DNA of 64,000 nt from Candidatus Omnitrophota bacterium (GCA_903908245.1 CAIVRE010000018.1:2876-66875); one strand, 5' to 3'; shown: positions 9,359 through 22,370, counted from the stretch's first letter. Numbers and translations are program-made. The notes: generated from the sequence alone by a model not told the origin.

Positions 9359-10156
9359 ATGTTCCGTTCATCCAATCCAACATTAAAAGATGGCCTGTTC
9401 TCGGAGGCGAGTATCCTTGCCGACGGCCAGGTGATGACCATTCAGGGGACGGTCAACAAGACGCTGATCATGCTGCTCCTGCTGGCGGCGGGTGCCGCGT
9501 GGGTGTGGCAGGGGATCACGCCGTTCTTATCGCAGGCGGCTCTTGCGTCGAGCGGGAGTATTGCCGCAGCAGTGTCCCAAGGCAGCGCCGTCGTATTGCC
9601 TTTTGCTATCGGCGGTTTTTTTGTCGCGCTTGTTCTCAGTTTTGTGATCGCGTTCAAGCCGAACTTCTCTCCTTATCTTGCGCCTGTTTACGCGGTGGCG
9701 GAAGGGTTTGCCCTGGGTGGTATTTCCGCCCTGATCGAGTTCCGGTTCCCCGGGATCGTCATGCAGGCTGTCCTGCTGACGTTCGCCACCTTGTTTTGCC
9801 TGTTAATGGCGTATAAGGTCGGGTTTATCCGTGTGACCGACAAGTTCCGTCTTGGAATTGTTGTGGCGACGATGGCGATCGCGCTTATTTATGTTGTCAA
9901 TATGGTCATGGGGTTTTTTCATGCATCGATCCCGTTCATTTCCGGCAGCGGGTTCTTCGGGATCGCGTTTAGCGTGTTCGTGGTAGGGATCGCCGCACTG
10001 AACCTGGTATTGGACTTTGACCTTGTGGAGCGCGGGGCGGAGTCGGGCGCGCCAAAGTATATGGAATGGTATGGCGGGTTTGCCCTGATGGTCACCCTTG
10101 TGTGGCTTTATATCGAGATCCTGAATCTGCTGATGAAGCTTAGAAGCCGCGATTGA
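9359..10156 (+). CDS. Bax inhibitor-1/YccA family membrane protein
   Basis: N-terminal SSNPTL... then seven hydrophobic helices. The overall architecture is that of TMBIM/YccA-like proteins. Confidence 0.7.
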   Translation: MFRSSNPTLKDGLFSEASILADGQVMTIQGTVNKTLIMLLLLAAGAAWVWQGITPFLSQAALASSGSIAAAVSQGSAVVLPFAIGGFFVALVLSFVIAFKPNFSPYLAPVYAVAEGFALGGISALIEFRFPGIVMQAVLLTFATLFCLLMAYKVGFIRVTDKFRLGIVVATMAIALIYVVNMVMGFFHASIPFISGSGFFGIAFSVFVVGIAALNLVLDFDLVERGAESGAPKYMEWYGGFALMVTLVWLYIEILNLLMKLRSRD

Positions 10157-10613
10157 CCGCTTGCGCGAGCAGTCCAAGGGCTGTCTGACTTGATTGTGTT
10201 TTGATCGAGGCCCGGGTTCCGGTAAAGAAACATTTTTTGACGATGGTATGCCGGCGCGATGCCAGCGCGATGAACACCAGCCCGACAGGTTTCCGGTCTG
10301 TTCCTCCGGCCGGCCCGGCGATACCGGTAGTGGCGATCGCAAGGTCAACATTGAACTGCTTGCGCGCGCCTTCGGCCATGGCTTTTGCCACTGCCGCCGA
10401 GACTGCCCCATGCGTTTTGATCATTCGGTCAGGGACCTTCAGGAAGCGGGTTTTTATCGTATTGGCATAGGCGATGATGCCGCCTGTCAGGAAGGCGGAT
10501 GAGCCGGGGATATTGGTCAGCGTATGGGCTATAAGGCCGCCGGTGCATGATTCAGCGGTAGCGAGTGTCAAACCCCTGGCAGTCAATGTTTTTGCGATCG
10601 CGCTCGTCTTCAT
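10140..10613 (-). CDS. pncC: CinA C-terminal domain protein / nicotinamide-nucleotide amidohydrolase PncC
   Basis: Hallmark CinA_C motif TLATAESCTGGLIA and ...IATTGIAGPAGG. This is one of only three credible minus-strand genes in the window. Confidence 0.8.
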   Translation of the reverse strand: MKTSAIAKTLTARGLTLATAESCTGGLIAHTLTNIPGSSAFLTGGIIAYANTIKTRFLKVPDRMIKTHGAVSAAVAKAMAEGARKQFNVDLAIATTGIAGPAGGTDRKPVGLVFIALASRRHTIVKKCFFTGTRASIKTQSSQTALGLLAQAVNRGF

Positions 10614-10715
10614 ACCCGTCTAATATACCCCAGGACAAATGGCTTGACAAGGGTGGATATTTCGGAATAATGAAACGATAATTTATCCTGTTTTAACTCT
10701 AAAAAAGGACCAAAC

Positions 10716-11915
10716 ATGTTCCATCCTATCCCCGAGATCCTTGAAGAACTTAAAGCCGGCCGTATGGTCATTGTGATGGATGACGAAAGCCGGGAGAATG
10801 AAGGCGACCTGTTAATAGCAGCCGAGCACGTGACCCCTGATGCCATTAATTTTATGGCAAAATACGCACGCGGTCTTGTTTGTGTGCCAATGGAGGCTGC
10901 CCGCCTTGACCTTCTTGGTCTTTTTCCGATGAAGGATGCCACGAGCGACCTTCACCAGCCGTGCAATACCGGTTGGGCTATTTCGGTGGATGCGGCGCAT
11001 GGCATAACAACAGGGATCTCCGCGGCCGACCGGTCGTATACGGTCAAGATCCTGATCGATAACAAGTCGACGGCGAAAGACCTGGTGACTCCGGGGCATT
11101 TATTCCCGCTGCGTGCCAAGAAAGGCGGGGTTCTGGTCCGTGCCGGGCATACAGAGGCGTCGGTTGACCTTACCAAGATGGCTGGCCTGTATCCGGCCGG
11201 GGTTATTTGCGAGATCATGAACGATGACGGCACAATGGCGCGGACTCTGGACCTGGTCGAATTTTCAAAGAAACACAAGCTCAAGATCTGCACGATCGAC
11301 AGCCTTATTGAATATCGCCGCAAGAACGAAAAGTTCATCATACGCCAGGCGGATGTGGCATTGCCGACAAAGTTCGGCGAGTTCCATATGGTGGTTTACA
11401 CCTCCAGGATCGATGATTTTGAGCACGTAGCTCTGGTGAAGGGGCAGATCGACCAGACCACGCCTGTTTTGGTGCGGGTCCAGTCGGAGTGCCTGACCGG
11501 GGATGTGTTCGGAAGCTTGCGTTGCGATTGCAACAGCCAGCTGGAAGAAGCCATGGACCGTATTGCCAAGGAAAAGTCCGGTATCCTGCTTTATATGCGT
11601 CAGGAAGGGCGCGGTATCGGTTTGCTCAATAAACTTAAGGCCTATGCCTTGCAGGACAAGGGAATGGATACGGTAGAAGCCAATGAGGCATTGGGTTTTG
11701 CGGCAGACCTTCGTGATTATGGTATCGGCGCGCAGATCCTGGTCGATCTCGGGGTAAAGCAGATCCGTTTATTGACCAATAATCCCCGCAAGATCGTTGG
11801 CCTGGAAGGGTATGGGCTTACGGTCGTGGAGCGGGTCGCCTTGTTGATCCCGCATAATGAACGCAACAAGAAGTATCTTGATGCCAAAAAGGCCAAGCTC
11901 GGGCACTGGTTATAA
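10716..11915 (+). CDS. ribBA: bifunctional 3,4-dihydroxy-2-butanone-4-phosphate synthase / GTP cyclohydrolase II
   Basis: DHBP synthase N-half ([16 protein letters not shown]) and a GTP cyclohydrolase II C-half with the zinc motif [14 protein letters not shown]. Confidence 0.9.
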   Translation: MFHPIPEILEELKAGRMVIVMDDESRENEGDLLIAAEHVTPDAINFMAKYARGLVCVPMEAARLDLLGLFPMKDATSDLHQPCNTGWAISVDAAHGITTGISAADRSYTVKILIDNKSTAKDLVTPGHLFPLRAKKGGVLVRAGHTEASVDLTKMAGLYPAGVICEIMNDDGTMARTLDLVEFSKKHKLKICTIDSLIEYRRKNEKFIIRQADVALPTKFGEFHMVVYTSRIDDFEHVALVKGQIDQTTPVLVRVQSECLTGDVFGSLRCDCNSQLEEAMDRIAKEKSGILLYMRQEGRGIGLLNKLKAYALQDKGMDTVEANEALGFAADLRDYGIGAQILVDLGVKQIRLLTNNPRKIVGLEGYGLTVVERVALLIPHNERNKKYLDAKKAKLGHWL

Positions 11916-11920
11916 TTCTT

Positions 11921-12394
11921 ATGCCGTCAAAACCGGGTTTTAAAAAAAGCAGTTGTTCAGCGAAAGCGCATTTCGCGGTGGTCGTGGCGCAGTTTAATGC
12001 GTCGATCGCCGAGAGCCTTCTCAAGGCGTGTCTTGACGAGTTTTCCCGCCTGGGTGTTTGCGAGTGTGATATTCATGTTGTGCATGTGCCGGGTGCATTC
12101 GAGATCCCTTTGACGGCGTTGAAACTTTCCCAAAAAAAGAATATCCAGGCGGTCATCGGCCTTGGCGCGGTCATTCGCGGACAGACGCTTCATTATGAGC
12201 TGGTGGCGGGCCAGGCGGCCCGGGCCATGATGGATATTTCCCTGCAGTCTGGGAAGCCTGTTGTCTTCGAGATCCTCGCGGCGGATACCGTTAAATTGTG
12301 TGAAGCCCGGGCTAAACCCGGTGATCGTGATAACAAGGGTGCCAGCGCGGCGCGGGTTGCGTTTGAAATGGCCGGGATATTGAGGGACCTATAG
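11921..12394 (+). CDS. ribH: 6,7-dimethyl-8-ribityllumazine synthase
   Basis: FAVVVAQFN...VPGAFEIP...GAVIRGQTLHYELVA are lumazine synthase motifs. Confidence 0.85.
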   Translation: MPSKPGFKKSSCSAKAHFAVVVAQFNASIAESLLKACLDEFSRLGVCECDIHVVHVPGAFEIPLTALKLSQKKNIQAVIGLGAVIRGQTLHYELVAGQAARAMMDISLQSGKPVVFEILAADTVKLCEARAKPGDRDNKGASAARVAFEMAGILRDL

Positions 12395-12397
12395 CTT

Positions 12398-12829
12398 ATG
12401 CGTAAAAGAAGCGTTGCCCGTGAATGTGCACTGAAGGTCCTTTATCAGGTCGAGCTTATCAAGATCGCGCCCGAGAGGGCTTTGCCTTCGTTCTGGGAGC
12501 AGGAGAGCGAGCATCCGGAGGATGTGCGCGCGTTTGCGGCGGATATTGTCAATAATGTCCGCGCCCGTGTGGAGGCTCTGGACCGGAAGATATCCGAGTA
12601 TGCCACGAACTGGCAGATCTCGCGCATGGCGGTGATCGACCGCAATGTCCTTCGGATGGGGGTTTACGAATTGATGTACGCACCGGGGATCCCTCCCAAG
12701 GTGGCCATCAATGAAGCGGTGGAACTGGCCAAGAAATACGGGGATACGGAGTCCAGTAAATTCGTCAATGGGATCCTCGACAAGATCCACAAACAGGAAG
12801 TTGTTCCCCCTGCCCCCAAAGATGCCTGA
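12398..12829 (+). CDS. nusB: transcription antitermination factor NusB
   Basis: The start [14 protein letters not shown] and overall length match NusB. It is in the conserved ribH-nusB adjacency. Confidence 0.85.
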   Translation: MRKRSVARECALKVLYQVELIKIAPERALPSFWEQESEHPEDVRAFAADIVNNVRARVEALDRKISEYATNWQISRMAVIDRNVLRMGVYELMYAPGIPPKVAINEAVELAKKYGDTESSKFVNGILDKIHKQEVVPPAPKDA

Positions 12830-13649
12830 GCGTCGCGCAGATCTTCATATCCATACCTATTTTTCCGATAGTACGATGTCGCCGCAAAATGTTGTGCGCG
12901 AAGCGAAGAAGGCCCGTCTGTCGTGTATTTCGATCACGGATCATGATACGGTCGACGGAATACCGGAAGCCAGGGCGGAAGGCCTGAAGCTGGAGGTGGA
13001 GGTCATTGCGGGCGTTGAGCTTTCGTCAGAATATGGCAAGAAAGATGTGCACATCCTGGGGTATGGTTTTGAGTTGAAGAAAAGCCCGCTGGCGTTAAAA
13101 TTGAACGAGATGCAGCAGGTCAGGATGGAGCGCATGAAGAAGATGGTCGCCAAGATCAATACGCTTGGCTTTCCCGATATTCGTTTTGAAGATGTGGCCA
13201 GCCGTACGCGGTCCAATGCGGTTGGCCGGCTGCATCTGGCTCAATTACTGGTTGAGAAGGGGGTTGTTACGGGCATCGAGATGGCGTTTGAGAAATATCT
13301 GGGTGAAGGAGAACAGGCGTATTTTTCGAAATTCCAACAGACGCCGGCGGAAGCTATAAAATTGATCAAGGATTCGGGTGGTGCCGCTGTACTGGCTCAT
13401 CCCATGCTGACGGCGCGTGACGAGATCATCCCTGAACTGGCGAGGGCCGGCCTGGACGGGCTCGAGGCGTATTATCCGAATTGTTCGATGGAAGTGGCCA
13501 ATTTCTATGTCCGGCTCGCCGCGAAGCACGGGCTGATCATTACCGGAGGGTCAGATTCTCATGGCGCCGGGAAAAAGAATACGTATATCGGTAAAGGTTA
13601 TTTGCCGTATGAGCTGGTGGAAGAATTAAAGAAAAGGATCCATGCCTGA
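12822..13649 (+). CDS. PHP-domain phosphoesterase (TrpH/YciV-like)
   Basis: N-terminal [15 protein letters not shown] motif with an ...ITDHDTVDG metal-binding pattern of PHP hydrolases. ATG 12822 overlaps the nusB stop (ATGCCTGA). The ORF-track start at 12711 lies inside nusB. Confidence 0.75.
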   Translation: MPERRADLHIHTYFSDSTMSPQNVVREAKKARLSCISITDHDTVDGIPEARAEGLKLEVEVIAGVELSSEYGKKDVHILGYGFELKKSPLALKLNEMQQVRMERMKKMVAKINTLGFPDIRFEDVASRTRSNAVGRLHLAQLLVEKGVVTGIEMAFEKYLGEGEQAYFSKFQQTPAEAIKLIKDSGGAAVLAHPMLTARDEIIPELARAGLDGLEAYYPNCSMEVANFYVRLAAKHGLIITGGSDSHGAGKKNTYIGKGYLPYELVEELKKRIHA

Positions 13650-14721
13650 CGATATTTTTTACATGCGCCGTGCGTTGATGCTGGCCGGGAAAGGGCGGGG
13701 GGCGGTGTCGCCCAACCCCATGGTCGGGTGCGTGATCGTGAAGGCTGGCAGGATCATTGCCGAGGGGTGGCACAAGGGATACGGCGGTGATCATGCCGAG
13801 GTGGAGGCGTTAAAACAGGCCGGGATAAAGGCTAAAGGGTCTGTGATGTATGTGACGCTCGAACCATGTTCGCACTGGGGGCATACACCCCCGTGCGTGG
13901 ATGCGGTCCTGGCGGCTGGCATAAAAAAGGTGGTTATGGCCATGACTGATCCGAACCGGTTGACGAACGGAAAGTCGGCGGCGAAGTTGCGTGATGCAGG
14001 GATCGACGTTGTTGTGGGTGTGTGTGAAGCAGATGCCCGTGCGATGAACGCGCCTTTTATTAAATATATTTCTACGAAAACGCCTTTTGTGGTCGCCAAG
14101 ACGGCGCAAACGCTTGATGGCAGGATCGCGACCCGCAGCGGCGATTCAAAATGGATCACCTCCGAGACTTCGCGCGCTTTTGCCCGGGGAAAGCGCAATG
14201 ATTTTGACGCGATCCTGGCCGGGATCGGGACCGTCCTGGCGGATGACCCCGGCCTTGAAGCTCCGGCTAAAGCTATTAAAAAGATCGTGCTCGACAGTAA
14301 ACTCAGGATCCCTGTGAATGCCAGGTTGTTCAAGGGTGCCCAGCCGGGACAGGTTATTATTGCCGTTACCGGAAAAGCCTCGGAAGCCAGGATCCGCCGT
14401 TTGGAAAAACAGGGCGTGCGTGTTATCCTTTGCCCGGAAAAAAACGGCAGGGTGGACCTTAAGGCTTTGTTCAAAGCGCTTGCCAAAATGGGGATCGCGA
14501 GTATTTTAATAGAGGGCGGCGCGGCGGTTATCGGCAGTGCGCTTAAAGCCGGGCTGGTCGATGAGCTGAATGTTTATATCGCTCCACGGATCATCGGGGA
14601 TGATAAGGCCCGTCCGTCTGTGGTCGGATTGGATGTGATGAAAGTTTCTCAAGCGAAGGATTTTCAGTTAACAGCGGTCGACAGGATCGGCCTTGATATT
14701 TTATTAACATTAAAGGTGTAA
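13642..14721 (+). CDS. ribD: bifunctional riboflavin biosynthesis protein RibD (deaminase/reductase)
   Basis: CMP/dCMP deaminase zinc motif HAEVEAL...EPCSHWGHTPPC, then a C-terminal RibD reductase domain. Confidence 0.9.
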   Translation: MPDDIFYMRRALMLAGKGRGAVSPNPMVGCVIVKAGRIIAEGWHKGYGGDHAEVEALKQAGIKAKGSVMYVTLEPCSHWGHTPPCVDAVLAAGIKKVVMAMTDPNRLTNGKSAAKLRDAGIDVVVGVCEADARAMNAPFIKYISTKTPFVVAKTAQTLDGRIATRSGDSKWITSETSRAFARGKRNDFDAILAGIGTVLADDPGLEAPAKAIKKIVLDSKLRIPVNARLFKGAQPGQVIIAVTGKASEARIRRLEKQGVRVILCPEKNGRVDLKALFKALAKMGIASILIEGGAAVIGSALKAGLVDELNVYIAPRIIGDDKARPSVVGLDVMKVSQAKDFQLTAVDRIGLDILLTLKV

Positions 14722-14724
14722 TTT

Positions 14725-15309
14725 ATGTTCACGGGAATTGTAGAAACGGTCAGCTCCGTTGTTTCTTTGATAAAGAGGCAGAACCTTTTTGTCCTGGCGC
14801 TCAAGAAGCCCGGGGATTTTAATGATGTGAAGATCGGCGACAGTATCGCGGTCGACGGTGTGTGCCTGACGGTAACGTCCGTCAAGGGCGGCGCGTTCCA
14901 TTTTGACCTGATGAAAGAAACGCTGGAGGCCACGTCGTTAAAGGCATTAAGGCCCGGAGTGCCGGTCAACCTTGAGCGCGCGATGAAAGCCGAGGCGCGG
15001 GTGGGCGGGCATTTTGTGACAGGTCATGTGGATGCGGTGGGGAAGATCAAGGATGTACGCACCCTGCTGAATTATGTGGAATACCGCATCCTTTGCCCCA
15101 AGGGCCTGATGCGCTATGTGGTGCCCAAGGGGTCGGTGGCGCTCGATGGCATAAGCCTGACGGTCGGCGAGGTGAAAAAGCGGTGGTTCGCGGTGTATTT
15201 CATCCCGCATACGCTGACGGTAACAACGATCGGGAAAAAGAAGGCCGGGGACGAGGTCAATATCGAGACGGATCTGTTGGCCAAATACATTCTTAAATCA
15301 AGGAGTTGA
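14725..15309 (+). CDS. ribE: riboflavin synthase alpha subunit
   Basis: N-terminal MFTGIVE and the internal repeat SLTV are typical of riboflavin synthase. Confidence 0.85.
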   Translation: MFTGIVETVSSVVSLIKRQNLFVLALKKPGDFNDVKIGDSIAVDGVCLTVTSVKGGAFHFDLMKETLEATSLKALRPGVPVNLERAMKAEARVGGHFVTGHVDAVGKIKDVRTLLNYVEYRILCPKGLMRYVVPKGSVALDGISLTVGEVKKRWFAVYFIPHTLTVTTIGKKKAGDEVNIETDLLAKYILKSRS

Positions 15310-15310
15310 C

Positions 15311-15745
15311 ATGCAGCTGAATATTCAAGAGATCCAGAAGATCATTCCGCACCGTTTCCCGTTCCTGATGATCGACCGTGTCATTGAATGCACGCCTAAT
15401 GAGAAGCTGGTGGCGATCAAGAATGTATCGGTCAATGAAGCGCAGTTCCAGGGGCATTTCCCCGACGAGAAAGTTATGCCGGGCGTGCTGATGGTCGAGG
15501 CTCTGGCCCAGGCCGGGTGCATTTATTTTTATTACTCAAAGAATATGGAAGGCAAGAAGCTGATCTACTATCTGGCCAAGGTGTCTGCCAAATTCCATAA
15601 AGTGGTTGTGCCGGGGGACCAGCTGCGCATTGAGATCAAGACCATCAAGCTGATGGCGAAGCTCGGGTTCCTTGATTGCAAAGCCTTTGTTGGGGAAGAC
15701 CTTGCCGTTGAAGCCGAGATCGGATTTGGGGTTAAAGAGGTTTGA
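15311..15745 (+). CDS. fabZ: 3-hydroxyacyl-[ACP] dehydratase FabZ
   Basis: IPHRFPFLMIDRV...FQGHFPDEKVMPGVLMVEALAQ is the hot-dog fold FabZ signature. Confidence 0.9.
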   Translation: MQLNIQEIQKIIPHRFPFLMIDRVIECTPNEKLVAIKNVSVNEAQFQGHFPDEKVMPGVLMVEALAQAGCIYFYYSKNMEGKKLIYYLAKVSAKFHKVVVPGDQLRIEIKTIKLMAKLGFLDCKAFVGEDLAVEAEIGFGVKEV

Positions 15746-15771
15746 CGAAAGGTTTATTCGGTGTTAGAATT

Positions 15772-15795
15772 ACGCCTCTTTAGGCGTTCTTTCTT
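15772..15795 (+). terminator. small hairpin plus T-run after fabZ
   Basis: ACGCCT, then CTTT, then AGGCGT, followed by TCTTTCTT. A putative TTGACG-17-TAGAAT promoter (15744-15770) precedes it and may drive the tRNA. Confidence 0.3.
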
Positions 15796-15813
15796 GTGAT
15801 ATCGATATTTTTT

Positions 15814-15887
15814 CGGGGGGTAGCGCAGCTGGCTAGCGCGCAACGTTCGGGACGTTGAGGTCGTGGGTTCAAAACCCGCCCTCCCGA
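15814..15887 (+). tRNA. tRNA-Pro (anticodon CGG)
   Basis: A cloverleaf can be drawn by hand. The acceptor stem is CGGGGGG paired with CCTCCCG, with the C1:G72 pair typical of bacterial tRNA-Pro and discriminator A. The D-arm is GCGC-AGCTGGCTA-GCGC. The anticodon arm CAACG-TTCGGGA-CGTTG gives anticodon CGG. The T-arm is GTGGG-TTCAAAA-CCCGC. No CCA is encoded. Confidence 0.85.
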
Positions 15888-15925
15888 TTTTCTTTTGCCT
15901 TTTTTGGTTCGATCCCAGAGGCTGT

Positions 15926-16427
15926 ATGAACGAGAACCGCAGTATTTTTTCAGAACTATTCATCAATCTTCTTAGCCTTGTTTTTATTGCCGCCGGCCTT
16001 TTCATGGCTTTGCCTTCCGCCAAGAACCTTTATTACATTCAGACCTGCAGCGACTGGCCGCAGGTTGCGGGCCATGTTGTGTCTTCCAGTGTGCATCGCC
16101 GTTGGGCATCCCGCGGGGACGACCTCAGCCAGGATTATTTTGCGCGGGTATGGTTCAGTTACCAAGTGAACGGCCATCAGTATGTTTCCGATGGTGTTTC
16201 CGTTTCCCAGCCGTGGACCAAGATCCTCAGATCGGCAGAGGAGCTGGCCTCCAGGTATCCGGCCGGAAAGGCGGTCACGGTTTATTATCATCCGCAGGAT
16301 CCGGGCCTTGCGGTTCTGGACGTGACCGCTGTTTCGCCGATGGTATGTGTTTTTTTCGGTATCGGCATTTTCTTCGTCATGACAGGGGCCAGGGCCATTA
16401 TCGGAACTTTATTCAGGGGAGTTTTTC

Positions 16428-16441
<14 letters not shown>
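15926..16441 (+). CDS. DUF3592-like membrane protein
   Basis: TM helix, then a beta-rich domain (WPQVAGHVVSSSV...YFARVWFSYQVNGHQY...GKAVTVYYHPQDP), then a C-terminal TM helix. The ORF-track N-terminus at 15863 overlaps the tRNA, so Met 15926 was chosen. Confidence 0.5.
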
Positions 16442-19227
<2,786 letters not shown>

Positions 19228-19231
<4 letters not shown>

Positions 19232-20115
19232 AAGCACTGCTGGCTGAATTCCTGAATTATTTATCCGTTGAGCGGGGGTTGGCTAAAAACACTTTGATGG
19301 CGTACGAGCGGGATCTTCTGGCGTATGGTAAATTCCTTAAAGGCCATTGCGGAGTTGAGCCGGAAGCCGTGAAGCGGGAGCATGTGACCGATTATATGCT
19401 GAGCCAGAAGAATGCGGATATGGAGTCGACGTCCATTTGCCGGAGCCTGGCGGCGATACGCATGTTCCATCGTTTTTTGGTCAGGGAGAATTTTGCGAAA
19501 GAAGACCCGACAGACCTGGTCGACACCCCCAGGACATGGAAACGGATCCCGGCGGTATTGAACCAGGCCGAGATCGACGCGATGATCAAGGCGGCCCAGG
19601 GCCGCGGCTGGCAGGCGGAAAGGGACCGTGCGATCCTGGAGCTTTTTTATGCTTCAGGCCTGCGGGTCTCCGAGCTGGTGGGGTTAAAGGTCGAGAGCGT
19701 GAATCTGAATATGGGATTTGTCCGTTGTATCGGTAAAGGCAGCAAGGAGCGGCTTATTCCGGTGGGGGGCAAGGCGAAAGAGGCGGTTGAGAAATATTGC
19801 GCAGGCGGACGGAAAAAGATATCCACTGGCCGCGATACGGATATTCTGTTCCTGAGCCGCCTGGGCAAAGGGATGTCCCGGCAGAGCGCCTGGAAGATCA
19901 TCAAGCATTATGCGCGCAAGGCGGGAATAAAAAAGACGATCAAACCGCACACGCTGCGTCACACGTTCGCGACGCATTTGCTGGAGCATGGTGCGGACCT
20001 GCGCAGTGTCCAGGAAATGCTGGGCCATGCGGATATCGCTACGACGCAGATATATACTCATGTTGACCGCGAGCGTTTACGCGCGGTCCATAAAGAATTT
20101 CATCCTCGGGGTTAA
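19228..20115 (+). CDS. xerD: site-specific tyrosine recombinase XerD/XerC
   Basis: N-terminal FLNYLSVERGLAKNTLMAYERDL, and a C-terminal catalytic R...HxxR...Y pattern (HTLRHTFATHLLEHGADLRSVQEMLGHADIATTQIYTHV). Confidence 0.8.
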
Positions 20116-20117
20116 GC

Positions 20118-21041
20118 GTGAACATGCCGGATCTGAAGAAGCTGGACCTGAAGAAGCTGTCGCCGGATATTTATCAATTGCTGGTTGATATCGGGGCGCG
20201 GGCTGATGCCCGCGGATTGCCGGTCTTTCTGGTCGGAGGGATGGTGAGGGACCTGATCCTCGGGATCAAGAGCAGGGATGTCGATATCGTCGTTGAAGGC
20301 GACGGGATTCGGTTCGCGACGGAGCTGGCCACGCGCTGGGCAGCGAAGCTGCTGGTGCACAAGAAATTCAGCACCGCTGTTATCGAGCGTGGGGATGGGC
20401 TCAAGGTGGATGTTGTTATGGCCCGTCGTGAATCCTATGCCCGTCCGGGAGCTCTTCCGGATGTGGTGTCCGGTAATATCGCGGATGATCTTTTTCGCCG
20501 GGATTTTACGGTCAATGCGGTTGCGGTCTTGCTCAACCGGGGAGAGTTTGGTGTGGTCCAGGATGACTTTGACGGATATGCGGATATCTGCAACAAGCTT
20601 ATCCGTATCATGCATTACCGCAGTTTTATTGATGATCCGACCCGCATCCTGCGCGCGGTCCGTTATGAAAAAAGGCTCGGGTTCAAGTTCGAGCCAAGGA
20701 CATTGTCGGTGCTCAAGCAGGCCCTCGATGAGAATGCTTTCAGCTCAGTCACGCCGGCACGATATTTCGGGGAGTTAAAGCGCATCCTGCAGGAGGAGGA
20801 CCCGCGCGCGGCCTTGCGCCGCCTGGCCTTGCTTGACGGGTTGCGTTTTTTTGTGTATAACCCCGCGGTTGAATCTGCTTTTAAAGAAGTCCTGAACGGC
20901 GGCCTTAAGGGGGATGAACGCTGGATGAAATTCTTTTCGGTCCTGATCTCTTCCCTGGACCTCGAGTCTGCCGAAGAGTTGCTGGCGAGCTTTAATATCT
21001 CCCGTCAGGAAAAAAAGAAAATATTAAAGGATCTGATATGA
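20118..21041 (+). CDS. tRNA nucleotidyltransferase / poly(A) polymerase family protein (short, head domain only)
   Basis: Pol-beta-like nucleotidyltransferase motif GGMVRDLILGIKSRDVDIVVEG and RRDFTVNA. It is only 307 aa and has no HD domain. Confidence 0.7.
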   Translation: MNMPDLKKLDLKKLSPDIYQLLVDIGARADARGLPVFLVGGMVRDLILGIKSRDVDIVVEGDGIRFATELATRWAAKLLVHKKFSTAVIERGDGLKVDVVMARRESYARPGALPDVVSGNIADDLFRRDFTVNAVAVLLNRGEFGVVQDDFDGYADICNKLIRIMHYRSFIDDPTRILRAVRYEKRLGFKFEPRTLSVLKQALDENAFSSVTPARYFGELKRILQEEDPRAALRRLALLDGLRFFVYNPAVESAFKEVLNGGLKGDERWMKFFSVLISSLDLESAEELLASFNISRQEKKKILKDLI

Positions 21042-21433
21042 GCCGTATGGATAAGTTGAACCAGCAGTTCAAGCGGGAGATCAGCACGATGTTCCTGATG
21101 GGGGAAATAAGGGACCCTCGCGTGACTTTTGTAACGATCACGTTCGCGGACCTCAGCCGGGACCTGAGTTACGCTCATATCGGGTATAGTGTCCTTTCCG
21201 ATGACCCCCAGACGCTGCGGGCGGCGCAGGAGGGGCTGAATTCGGCCAGCGGCCGTGTGCGCAAGCTGGTCGGCGAGCGTATCGGGGTGCGGCATATTCC
21301 CGAGATCAAGTTCGTTTATGACGACTCGATCAGCCAGGCGGTCAGGATGACGAGGACCCTTGATGAGATAAAGAATGAGCGCGACGGGCGCGGAACAGGG
21401 AAGGATGTTGATAGTGGAAAAGAAGATCATTGA
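21038..21433 (+). CDS. rbfA: ribosome-binding factor A
   Basis: DPRVTFVTIT...LSYAHIGYSVL...VRHIPEIKFVYD is the RbfA KH-like pattern. Confidence 0.8.
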   Translation: MSRMDKLNQQFKREISTMFLMGEIRDPRVTFVTITFADLSRDLSYAHIGYSVLSDDPQTLRAAQEGLNSASGRVRKLVGERIGVRHIPEIKFVYDDSISQAVRMTRTLDEIKNERDGRGTGKDVDSGKEDH

Positions 21434-22370
21434 GGTTTTAAGGCGTTCGCAGAAGGTCCTGGTAACGATGCATGTTCATCCCGACCCCGACGCACTGGGT
21501 GCGGCCATTGCGATGACACTGTATCTGAAGTCCTGCGGCAAGGATGTGAGGCTCTATAATGAGGACGGTTGTCCGAAGTGGCTGGAGTTCATGCCGCGTG
21601 CGGCCTTGTGCCGAAAGATCACCGGCAGGGAAAAGTTTTTGCCCGATACGGCGGTCATCCTTGATTGCGGGGACCTTGAGCGCATTGGAAAGGCGAGGGC
21701 GTTCATCGGCGAGAAGACGCGCGTGATCAATATCGATCATCATGTGACGAACAACCGTTTTGCCAGCCTGAATTTTGTCAAGGACCGGTATTCGTCGACA
21801 TCCGAGATACTTTACGGGTTCCTGAAGCGCGCGGGATGCGTGCTGACGAAAGATATCGCGGTCTTGTTGTATCTCGGGATCCTGACGGATACAGGGTCGT
21901 TCGCTTTTGATTCAACGACCAGCCATACGCATGCGATCATTGCGGACCTTTTGAAATTCAATGTCCCTGTGGCCGAACTTTATCGCAAGGTTTACGAGAC
22001 TATGCCCAGGGAGGACCTGAAGGCTTTCTTGTTGACGATGAGCAGGCTGGAGCTTGTTGGTGATGCGCGGATCGCCTGCCTTACGATGACGAAAAAAGAG
22101 GTTTCTTTGTTCTCGGACGGTTTTGATGTTCGGGACAAGATCTTCGGTTTTTTGCGCGCCGTCAAGGGGCTGGATGTGATCGTGGTCATTACGGAGTCGG
22201 ATCATGGGCGTGTCCGGATCAATTTTCGCAGCCGGGGTGCTGTGGATGTCGCGCGTCTGGCCGGAAAGTTCAACGGGGGCGGGCATAAGAATGCCAGCGG
22301 GTGTTATGTCGACGGGACTCTCACGCAAGCCAAGGCTAGGATTTTTGCAGCTATTAAAGAGGTTCTCTGA
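21405..22370 (+). CDS. nrnA: DHH/DHHA1 phosphoesterase (NrnA-like oligoribonuclease/pAp phosphatase)
   Basis: DHH motifs HVHPDPDALGAA...DHH(V), and a C-terminal DHHA1 domain with GGGHKNASG. Confidence 0.75.
   Translation: MLIVEKKIIEVLRRSQKVLVTMHVHPDPDALGAAIAMTLYLKSCGKDVRLYNEDGCPKWLEFMPRAALCRKITGREKFLPDTAVILDCGDLERIGKARAFIGEKTRVINIDHHVTNNRFASLNFVKDRYSSTSEILYGFLKRAGCVLTKDIAVLLYLGILTDTGSFAFDSTTSHTHAIIADLLKFNVPVAELYRKVYETMPREDLKAFLLTMSRLELVGDARIACLTMTKKEVSLFSDGFDVRDKIFGFLRAVKGLDVIVVITESDHGRVRINFRSRGAVDVARLAGKFNGGGHKNASGCYVDGTLTQAKARIFAAIKEVL

Noticed and set aside
9298-9816. A 172-aa alternative-frame ORF overlapping the YccA/BI-1-family gene.
   Set aside because: It lies inside, and out of frame with, a well-formed 7-TM protein gene, and it is Arg/Cys/Gly-rich junk.
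10614-10715. Possible FMN riboswitch upstream of ribBA.
   Set aside because: The leader is only about 100 nt and lacks the conserved RFN core sequences. I annotated only a plausible promoter context instead.
15863-15925. N-terminal extension of the DUF3592 ORF overlapping tRNA-Pro.
   Set aside because: It would have to be translated through the tRNA gene and its T-rich trailer. Met 15926 gives a sensible N-terminal TM helix.
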